A stretch of DNA of 64,000 nt. Origin: Candidatus Micrarchaeia archaeon (GTDB taxonomy: Archaea; Micrarchaeota; Micrarchaeia; Burarchaeales; Fermentimicrarchaeaceae). How positions within the stretch are numbered: the first letter of the stretch is position 1; the number at the start of each line of letters is the position of its first letter. The notes beneath the pieces are model-generated. The model saw nothing but the letters and a program-made list of their open reading frames with translations, searched no databases and was not told the origin of the DNA. The stretch is from positions 352,001-416,000 of the forward strand of contig JAVZHX010000001.1 in assembly GCA_038871515.1 (NCBI GenBank), in the 5' to 3' direction. Positions 57,033-64,000 of the stretch are shown piece by piece. The translations under genes and the position numbers were made by a program.

Positions 57033-57946
57033 CAAACCACCATTGTATCCATTATCGCCATTCTCACAGGTATTCCCATTTTTGCTTGCTCGAAGTAATA
57101 CGCGTGCTTGCTGCTGTCAACCTCTGGGGCTACTTCATCAACTTTTGGGAGCGGGTGCAGTATTATCATATCCCCCTTCGCTCCCTTTATTGTTTCCCCA
57201 GTTATCCTGAACTCCTTCTGAACTTTCTCCGCTTCATACTGGTCTGAGAAGCGCTCCTTCTGAATTCTGCATAGGTATAAAACATCTGTGTTGGAAAGTT
57301 CAATGGTTGATTTCTCTTTAACGTTTGCATTGAATTTCTTTTTCACTTCCTCTATAACCTCTCTGTTCATCTCAAGCCCTTTTGGCGCAACCAATTCAAC
57401 GTTTGCTCCGTACATCGCAAGCCCGTAAAGTAAGGAGCGCATCGTCCTTGCATGCTTTAAATCACCAAGTAAGGTAACATTGAGCCCTTCAATTTTTTTC
57501 TTTGCTCTTTTTATTGTGTATAAGTCAAGCAGCGTCTGCGTTGGGTGCTGGTTTCCTCCGTCACCGCCGTTTATCACTGGGTGCTCGGCAAGCTGGGCAG
57601 CGTAGCGTGCTGAGCCCTCTTTTGAGTGTCTTATAATTATTAAATCAGAGTAGCCATCAACCATCCTTATTGTGTCTGAGAATGTTTCCCCTTTCACTAT
57701 GGAGCTTGCCCCAATGTCCTCAAAGCTCAGCACCTTGGCGCCAAGCCTCATTGCAGCTGATTGAAAAGATAATCTGGTTCTTGTGCTGGGTTCAAAGAAG
57801 AGGGTTGCTACAACTTTTCCTTTAAGTGAGTTGAGCTGCTTTCCGGTTTTCAGCGCTTGCTCCATCTGCGAGGATTTTTTCAAAATCAGGTCAATGTGTT
57901 TCTTTTCCAAATCGCGTATAGAAATAAGGTCCTTCACAAATTGCAT
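57032..57946 (-). CDS. pyrB: Aspartate carbamoyltransferase, catalytic chain
   Basis: FFEPSTRTR.SF, HPTQ.LLD, R.QKER, HPLP. Confidence 0.97.
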   Translation of the reverse strand: MQFVKDLISIRDLEKKHIDLILKKSSQMEQALKTGKQLNSLKGKVVATLFFEPSTRTRLSFQSAAMRLGAKVLSFEDIGASSIVKGETFSDTIRMVDGYSDLIIIRHSKEGSARYAAQLAEHPVINGGDGGNQHPTQTLLDLYTIKRAKKKIEGLNVTLLGDLKHARTMRSLLYGLAMYGANVELVAPKGLEMNREVIEEVKKKFNANVKEKSTIELSNTDVLYLCRIQKERFSDQYEAEKVQKEFRITGETIKGAKGDMIILHPLPKVDEVAPEVDSSKHAYYFEQAKMGIPVRMAIMDTMVV

Positions 57947-57999
57947 TTAACCCAAGGGAGTTATTTAAAAACTCAAAGTATATAAATTTGTTGGTTTGT

Positions 58000-58605
58000 A
58001 TGAGGGGGAAGTTAGTCTGTTTTGAGGGAATTGATGGGGCTGGGAAGGAGACGCAGGTAAAGCTGTTGCTGAAGTTTCTGAGAGGGAAGGCAGTTGTTTT
58101 CAAATATCCGGATGCGAAAAGCGCGTTTGGGAGGGTGATTGATGCTTTTCTGAAAAGAAAGGTTGAGCTGAATCCTTTTTCGCAGTTTTTAATATACTTG
58201 ATGGATATTGCAAAGGATCAGAGGAGAGTTGAGGAGGAGGTTGCAAGAGGGAGTGTTGTTATACTGAACAGGTATGTTTTCTCAACGGTTGCATATCAGT
58301 GCAGCAAGGGAGTTTCTTTCAAGAAAGGAGTTGAGATGGTGGAAAGTATGAATCTTTTGAAACCGGATTTGGTTGTTCTGCTTGATGTTTCACCTGAAGT
58401 TTCAAGGGAGAGGAAGAGGAGGCAGAAGAGGATGGATAGGCATGAGGCAGATGCGGAGTTGTTGGGGAAGGTGAGAGGTAATTATCTGAAGTTGATGAGG
58501 AGAAGGTTTCTCGCAAGGAAATGGGTGAGGGTGAATGCTGAAAGAGAACCTGAAAAGGTGTCTGAGGATGTGAAAGGTTTAATAGTTCAGCTTCTTAAAA
58601 AGTAG
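58000..58605 (+). CDS. tmk: Thymidylate kinase
   Basis: FEGIDGAGK, (D/N)RY..S..AYQ, PDLV.LLD. Confidence 0.92.
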   Translation: MRGKLVCFEGIDGAGKETQVKLLLKFLRGKAVVFKYPDAKSAFGRVIDAFLKRKVELNPFSQFLIYLMDIAKDQRRVEEEVARGSVVILNRYVFSTVAYQCSKGVSFKKGVEMVESMNLLKPDLVVLLDVSPEVSRERKRRQKRMDRHEADAELLGKVRGNYLKLMRRRFLARKWVRVNAEREPEKVSEDVKGLIVQLLKK

Positions 58606-58610
58606 TTCTC

Positions 58611-58700
58611 GCTCCAGTCGTCTAGTCCGGTCAAGGATCCCGGCCTTTCGTGCTTGCGCGAGGAAAGCCGGCGACCCGGGTTCAAATCCCGGCTGGAGCA
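58611..58700 (+). tRNA. tRNA-Glu(TTC) with a 15-nt canonical intron (58651-58665)
   Basis: Acceptor stem GCTCCAG/CTGGAGC; CCGGC-CT-TTC-G[intron]A-GCCGG; T-loop GGTTCAAATCC; BHB-like pairing CTTT/GAGG. Confidence 0.93.
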
Positions 58701-58723
58701 CTTCTGAAAGAACAATTGCTCCA

Positions 58724-59653
58724 TCATTTTTCTTCTGCGTTAAAAATGTCATTTCTCACAAAAGTTTTTCCATTGAAAGCAATCGGAATTGCCTCTCCAA
58801 ACATGTTCTCTGCATGAATGTGCAGATGCGGCTCGGTTGTTCTTCCCGAGTTGCCTATTCTTCCTAGGGGCTGTCCAGTTGTAATTAACTCTCCTTCAGA
58901 AACAAGCAGACTTCCTTTTTTAAAATGACAAATGTGAACGCTTACTCCAGAACAATCCAGAATAACATAATTCCCTTCAGGTTCTCTCTCATTTCTTTGC
59001 ATAATTGGCATATCCTCTGAGAGATTATTTATCTTAGAAACAACTCCGTTGCATGGTGCGTAAACCATTTCATCAAAAATATAGTAATCATACAAGTTGT
59101 CTGAGAGAAGTCCTTTTCCCCTAAATCCAAAAGAATCTATTTTGATTATGTCATACGCGTATTTCTGTGATTTGGATGTGTGAGTATTTAATGCGGTATT
59201 GCTTCCTGCTTGTGAAAAAAAGTATTGGCCTCCTTTAAAAGGAAATTGAAGTTGCACTGCTTCTATGGGATAGAACTGCGCTCGGAAGCATGTGATAGCA
59301 GTTAGCAAAAATAAAACTGCCATTACCAGCAAACAGCCATAATAAAGGTAATCTTTTATTCCAGCTTTCTTGAATAAAGGAATTGTTTTTGATTTGGTAA
59401 TCCTTAGTTTTTGAAAGGAATAAATGCTGGCAATCAAAAACAGTATTGGAAAGATGTATCTTAGATAATAATTGAGTATAGCCCAGGGAAGTAAAAAATA
59501 AATCCAAATGAAAAATGAGGCACTGAAAATAAAGCGCACAATCCAATCAAATTTTGATTTGTTTTTACCGAAAATTTGCCAGAGGATGAGTAAAAGCGGT
59601 AGAAGTAGTGACAGATAAAATTGAGCGAGTTCAAACGCAGCGGTAAAATTCAT
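58724..59653 (-). CDS. Membrane-anchored M23-family metallopeptidase
   Basis: About four N-terminal TMs; N.H......AYD, APCNG.V, GNYV, GRIGNSG.TTEPHLH. Confidence 0.88.
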   Translation of the reverse strand: MNFTAAFELAQFYLSLLLPLLLILWQIFGKNKSKFDWIVRFIFSASFFIWIYFLLPWAILNYYLRYIFPILFLIASIYSFQKLRITKSKTIPLFKKAGIKDYLYYGCLLVMAVLFLLTAITCFRAQFYPIEAVQLQFPFKGGQYFFSQAGSNTALNTHTSKSQKYAYDIIKIDSFGFRGKGLLSDNLYDYYIFDEMVYAPCNGVVSKINNLSEDMPIMQRNEREPEGNYVILDCSGVSVHICHFKKGSLLVSEGELITTGQPLGRIGNSGRTTEPHLHIHAENMFGEAIPIAFNGKTFVRNDIFNAEEK

Positions 59654-59715
59654 ATCAAATAATAAATCAGAAGAAGGTATAAAAGGGTATGGATTATTGT
59701 GGTGTGGGTATAGTT

Positions 59716-60405
59716 TTAGCGGGCAGCTGATGAACTGGTATGCTCAAAAGTATTGATTAAATCAACCAACTCAGAAAGGTTGTTTATTAAATAATCTGGT
59801 TTCTCCTTCTCCAATATTCTTCTTTTCTGCGGTCCTGTTATCACACAAGCGATTTTCACTCCTGCGTTTTTTGCAAATTGTATATCCGTGATTGTATCTC
59901 CAATGTATAGAACTCTGGTTTTGTTGATGCCCATTTTTTTAATTGTTAATTTCAATGCTTCTGGATGTGGGCGTGGTTTTGTAACATCCTCAAACGCAAC
60001 TAGAATTGGGAAGTATTTTAAAATTTTGAAGTGCTCAAGAAGGAGAACTGCTTCCCTTCTCTCCATACCTGTCTGGCAGGCAGTTTTAATTCCTTTTTTG
60101 TTTAACTCTTTCAAGCACTCCTCTGCGTAGGGAAGGAGTTGAAATTTGTTTAAAAACTCATGGGGGTATCTGGCTTCAAACTGCTCGTAGCATTTTTTAA
60201 TTAATAAGTCAGCATTCTCCTTGCAGAGAGGGGGGATGATTTTTCTGAAAATGTTCCGGTGTCCTACTCCAAAGTGAATGAATATTTTTTCATCCGGGGG
60301 AGGGGTGAGTTTATTTTCAAGCAGAGTTTGTTTTATTGCTGAAAGCAGAGCATCCTCAGTTCTTATAAGAGTTCCACCTATGTCAAAGATGCAACCCTGA
60401 ATCAT
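59716..60405 (-). CDS. HAD-superfamily hydrolase (PGP-like)
   Basis: FDIGGTL, KPRPHP, YIGDT..D. Start placed at MIQGC. Confidence 0.88.
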   Translation of the reverse strand: MIQGCIFDIGGTLIRTEDALLSAIKQTLLENKLTPPPDEKIFIHFGVGHRNIFRKIIPPLCKENADLLIKKCYEQFEARYPHEFLNKFQLLPYAEECLKELNKKGIKTACQTGMERREAVLLLEHFKILKYFPILVAFEDVTKPRPHPEALKLTIKKMGINKTRVLYIGDTITDIQFAKNAGVKIACVITGPQKRRILEKEKPDYLINNLSELVDLINTFEHTSSSAAR

Positions 60406-60459
60406 ATTTTTACTTTTCTTTCGGAAAGTATTAAATTTTATAATTGGCAATCTGTTATT

Positions 60460-61344
60460 ATGAGGGAGAGGGTTATACAAGAGGTAGCGGAGGTGTTGCT
60501 GAACTGCAATTACCTCTCTGTTTTCTGCACAAGCATGCATAGCTGTTTTGATATACTTGCGAAAAGGGAGAGGGCTCTGCTTGTGAAAGTGCTTGAAAAT
60601 ATAGATGCATTCACAAGACAGCAGGCGGAGGATATGAGGAAGATTGCGGGTATGTTGGGTGGGGAGGAGTTTCTTGTTGGGGAGAGAAGTAATGAGTATA
60701 AGTTGGTGGATGGGGTGCTGTATGAAAGGCATAAGGTTCCTGCTGGAACTGTTGAGACATTCAGGGGAATTGTGGAGGGGGAGGAGTTGCCCAAAATGAG
60801 AAAGAGGAGGGAGTTGCTTGTTGATATCGATGGGGAGAAGATGGTGAGGAGGAGGGGGGAGATGAAGCTGAGTTTGGAGGAGCTTGCAAGAAAATCTGGG
60901 ATTTCCAAAGAAACCCTTTACAGGTATGAGCACGGAAAGATATATGCAAGCGAGGAGAATGCGAGGAGAATTGAGGAGATACTTGGAGTAGAGCTGAGGA
61001 GGTTTATCAACCCGTTTGAAAATAAACAGAAGTTTGTTGCTGAGGAAACACTGATAAGCATGCTTGGTTTTGAAAGTGTGAAAACAAAAACTGCTCCGTT
61101 TGATATTGTTGGAAAGGAGAGGAAGCTGCTTTTTGCTGGGGAGGAGAGAGATAGGAGGACGATGAGGAAAAGAGCAGAGGTTTATGCGGATGTGATGGAG
61201 ATTTTTGGCTCTGGCTCTTGCTTTATTTTGAATAAATACAAAAAAGATAGTATTGCGGGCATACCTGTTGTGAGGAGGGATGAGATAAGTGAAATTAAGA
61301 GGGCGAGGGAGCTGATGAAGCTTATTGAGGAGAGGGGCGGTTGA
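60460..61344 (+). CDS. Archaeal Cro/C1-type HTH regulator (COG1395-like)
   Basis: SCFDILAK, VKVLENID, LSLEELA..SGISKETLYRYE.G, APFD. Confidence 0.87.
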   Translation: MRERVIQEVAEVLLNCNYLSVFCTSMHSCFDILAKRERALLVKVLENIDAFTRQQAEDMRKIAGMLGGEEFLVGERSNEYKLVDGVLYERHKVPAGTVETFRGIVEGEELPKMRKRRELLVDIDGEKMVRRRGEMKLSLEELARKSGISKETLYRYEHGKIYASEENARRIEEILGVELRRFINPFENKQKFVAEETLISMLGFESVKTKTAPFDIVGKERKLLFAGEERDRRTMRKRAEVYADVMEIFGSGSCFILNKYKKDSIAGIPVVRRDEISEIKRARELMKLIEERGG

Positions 61345-61421
61345 GTAAAGCTTTTAAATCTGTATGCATATATATACATTAAAAATGCTAGTTATGAAAA
61401 TCAAATTTGGAGGTGTTTAAC

Positions 61422-63080
61422 ATGGCAGAGGCACAACTTGGTGGACAGCCCGTGCTCATCCTTCCAGAGGGAGCAACAAGGTTGTTGGGGAGGGATGCGC
61501 AGAGGACGAATATAGCTGTTGCGTATGCGATTGGAAATGCAGTTAGAACAACCCTCGGTCCAAGGGGGATGGATAAGATGCTTGTAAGTGAGCTCGGTGA
61601 CATAGTGATAACAAACGATGGAGCGACGATTCTTGAGGAGATGAATGTTGAGCATCCTGCAGCGAAAATAATGGTTGAGATAGCGAAAACACAGGATAAG
61701 GAAGTTGGGGATGGAACGACAACTGCTGTGATGCTTGGTGGGGAGCTTTTGAAGAGAGCGGGCGATTTGCTGGATCAGGAGATACACCCGAGCACAATTA
61801 TAAGAGGGTATAAGAATGCTGCTGGCTTCTGTGAGAAAATGTTGAATGAGATAAGTTATAAGGTGACGCTTGATGATGTGGATACGCTTGAGAAGATTGC
61901 GTCTGTTTCTATGGGCTCAAAAACAGTTGGGTTCGGCAAGGTGAAGGATAAGCTGGCGAAGCTTGTTGTGAGCGCAGTGAGGCAGGTTGCAGAGAGGAGG
62001 GATGGGAAGATAATTGTGGATGATGATTTTATAAAGGTGGAGAAGAAGGAAGGGGGGGAGATGGATGACACCCAGCTGATAAATGGGGTGCTTGTTGACA
62101 AGGAGATAGTTCACCCAGGGATGCCCAAGAAGGTTGAGAATGCGAAAATTGCATTAATTGACTCTGCTTTGGAGATTGAGAAGACGGAGACGGATGCGAA
62201 AATTGAGATTACATCGCCAGAGCAGATGGAGGCGTTCCTGAAGCAGGAGGAGAAGATGCTGAAGGAGATGGTTGAGAAGATAGCTGCAAGCGGTGCGAAT
62301 GTTGTTTTCTGCCAGAAGGGAATTGATGATGTAGCTCAGCACTTCCTTGCGAAGAAGGGAATTGTTGCGGTGAGAAGGGTGAAGAAGAGCGATATGGAGA
62401 AGCTTGCGAGGGCAACTGGAGGAAAGGTGGTTACAAGCTTGGATGATTTGAGCGAGAAGGATTTGGGAGTTGCTGGTTTGGTTGAGGAGAGAAAGATTGC
62501 GGGGGAGCAGATGGTTTTTGTTGAGAAGTGCAAGGATCCGAAGAGCGTGACAATATTTGTAAGGGCAAGCACTGAGCACGTGGTGAATGAGGGGGAGAGA
62601 GCGATTGTTGATGGAATTGGAGCGGTGAGCAGCGCAATTGAGGAAGGGGAGTATGTTGCGGGTGGAGGGAGTGTTGAGATGCAGCTGGCGATGGAGCTGA
62701 GGAAGTATGCGACAGAGGTTGGTGGAAGGGAGCAGCTTGCAATACAGGCGTTTGCAGATACGTTGGAGATTGTTCCAAGGACGCTTGCGGAGAGCGCAGG
62801 GATGGATCCGATTGACACATTGGTTGAGCTGAGAACGAGGCACAAGAAAGCGGATGGAAAGGATGTTGGGGTAGATGTATACAACGGCAAGATTGCGGAT
62901 ATGAGGAAGCTTGGCGTGATTGAGCCAACAAAAGTTAAAAAACAAGCAATTGCAAGCGCAACGGAAGCAGCTGCGATGTTGTTGAGAATAGATGATATGA
63001 TAAGCGCAAAGCCAAAGACACCTTCAGGAGGTCCGAAGGGGCCGGGAGGGATGGGGGAGGAGGGAGGGGAGTATGAGTGA
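61422..63080 (+). CDS. ths: Thermosome (group II chaperonin) subunit
   Basis: [29 protein letters not shown]. Confidence 0.98.
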   Translation: MAEAQLGGQPVLILPEGATRLLGRDAQRTNIAVAYAIGNAVRTTLGPRGMDKMLVSELGDIVITNDGATILEEMNVEHPAAKIMVEIAKTQDKEVGDGTTTAVMLGGELLKRAGDLLDQEIHPSTIIRGYKNAAGFCEKMLNEISYKVTLDDVDTLEKIASVSMGSKTVGFGKVKDKLAKLVVSAVRQVAERRDGKIIVDDDFIKVEKKEGGEMDDTQLINGVLVDKEIVHPGMPKKVENAKIALIDSALEIEKTETDAKIEITSPEQMEAFLKQEEKMLKEMVEKIAASGANVVFCQKGIDDVAQHFLAKKGIVAVRRVKKSDMEKLARATGGKVVTSLDDLSEKDLGVAGLVEERKIAGEQMVFVEKCKDPKSVTIFVRASTEHVVNEGERAIVDGIGAVSSAIEEGEYVAGGGSVEMQLAMELRKYATEVGGREQLAIQAFADTLEIVPRTLAESAGMDPIDTLVELRTRHKKADGKDVGVDVYNGKIADMRKLGVIEPTKVKKQAIASATEAAAMLLRIDDMISAKPKTPSGGPKGPGGMGEEGGEYE

Positions 63081-63087
63081 ACTCCCT

Positions 63088-63372
63088 TCACTCAAATTTA
63101 ATCCCTTTTGTGCCAATTGATTCCCCCATAAGCTCAAAAAATTTTTTTGTTTCTTCGTTTTTTGTTTTTTCCTTTGCTTTGTCAAGCACTGTGTGGACTG
63201 CACACTCAAGTTTTATCCCGTTGTCGTGCAGTTTGTTTCTCAAAAATTCCACTCCAAGTTTCACCTGCTCATCCATTGGAAGGTGCTTCCATTGCTCTCT
63301 TTGCAGTTCAAGTTTTTCAATTATTTCATAGACAATTCTTTTCGTTTCTTTTCTATTTTCTACTTTCTGCAT
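63088..63372 (-). CDS. Hypothetical protein
   Basis: GAGGTGA SD before ATG; downstream of the IMPase gene. Confidence 0.6.
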   Translation of the reverse strand: MQKVENRKETKRIVYEIIEKLELQREQWKHLPMDEQVKLGVEFLRNKLHDNGIKLECAVHTVLDKAKEKTKNEETKKFFELMGESIGTKGIKFE

Positions 63373-63376
63373 TTTT

Positions 63377-64000
63377 TCACCTCACGTGTTTTAGAAGCTG
63401 TTCTGCGAGGGGTTTGTTTGAAGCAACAATTGTTCTTTCGTAAATGCTCCATGGCTTTCCTTTGAAGTTCAAAACTTCCCCTCCAGCTTCTTTTATTATA
63501 ATATACGCGGCTGCTGCATCCCACGGAAGAATGTCGTTATGAATATATGCCTGAACTCTGTCAAGCGCAACGTAGCACAAACCCAAGCTGGCTGAGCCGA
63601 GAATACGAACAGCGCGTGTTGCTGGTATGAGTTTTTTCACTCTTCTTGCAATCAACTTGCTCCTTTTATGCCCTAAGTCGGTTGCAACGATGCAGTTTAT
63701 CAATTCTTTTTCACTGCCAACTTTCACTCTCCTTCCATTCAAGTACGCCCCTTTTCCTTTTTCAGCATAGATAAACTCGTTGTGAAATGGGTCGTGAACA
63801 ACTCCTAAAATTGGCTGTTTTTTATAAGCAAGCGCAAGAGAAACTGAGAAGAAAGGTAAGCCTGCTGCGTAGTTCACTGTTCCATCAACTGGGTCAATAA
63901 TCCAGAGGTAGTCTGAATCTGAGTTGTGCTTGCCTGTCTCCTCAGCAAGTATTCCGTGTTTTGGGAAGTTTCTTTTTATTTCTCTTATCACAAGTTTCTC
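63377..64000 (-). CDS. suhB: Inositol monophosphatase family protein (5' end outside the window)
   Basis: AEE, WIIDPVDGT.NY, WDAAA; the frame stays open to the window edge. Confidence 0.92.
   Translation of the reverse strand, partial: EKLVIREIKRNFPKHGILAEETGKHNSDSDYLWIIDPVDGTVNYAAGLPFFSVSLALAYKKQPILGVVHDPFHNEFIYAEKGKGAYLNGRRVKVGSEKELINCIVATDLGHKRSKLIARRVKKLIPATRAVRILGSASLGLCYVALDRVQAYIHNDILPWDAAAAYIIIKEAGGEVLNFKGKPWSIYERTIVASNKPLAEQLLKHVR

Noticed and set aside
58611..60405. Integrated element at tRNA-Glu
   Set aside because: No integrase and no duplicated tRNA 3' end (att site) were found downstream.
60406..60933. Long N-terminal extension of the HAD hydrolase
   Set aside because: It is the antisense shadow of the HTH regulator; HAD motif I begins right after Met at 60405.
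61350..61390. Imperfect inverted repeat upstream of the thermosome as a heat-shock operator
   Set aside because: It is low-complexity AT/TA sequence overlapping the probable TATA box, with no second copy to support it.
62154..63091. Long antisense ORFs over the thermosome (and similar ones over nrdJ, tkt and cysS)
   Set aside because: They have no recognisable motifs and are explained by codon bias on the coding strand.

Overview
Archaeal chromosomal window, gene-dense and mostly housekeeping. It has GGTGA-type SD sites, TATA boxes, a thermosome, Tyw1, Dph5 and an intron-containing tRNA. A three-unit-type tRNA splicing endonuclease and several lineage-typical orphans point to DPANN, probably Micrarchaeota (inference). 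Contents: RNA/translation genes (rnhB, endA, tyw1, dph5, cysS next to tRNA-Cys, dtdA, sua5, alaX, tRNA-Glu with a 15-nt intron); a sulfur/Fe-S region (Cys-rich HTH regulator, thi4, ferredoxin, iscS, iscU) sharing a 15-bp palindrome; a MacB-type ABC module; nikR with a divergent unknown membrane gene; an Lhr helicase; a KaiC-like ATPase; split FTCD; form III RuBisCO; cobO-nrdR-nrdJ with NrdR boxes and two inteins; a non-oxidative pentose phosphate cluster between two PRPP synthetases; pyrBI; tmk; and an M23 peptidase. Gene orientation and G/T bias appear to switch near 34-38 kb, a possible replication origin. No CRISPR array, transposase or integrase was seen. All calls come from motif recognition by eye; no database searches were run.
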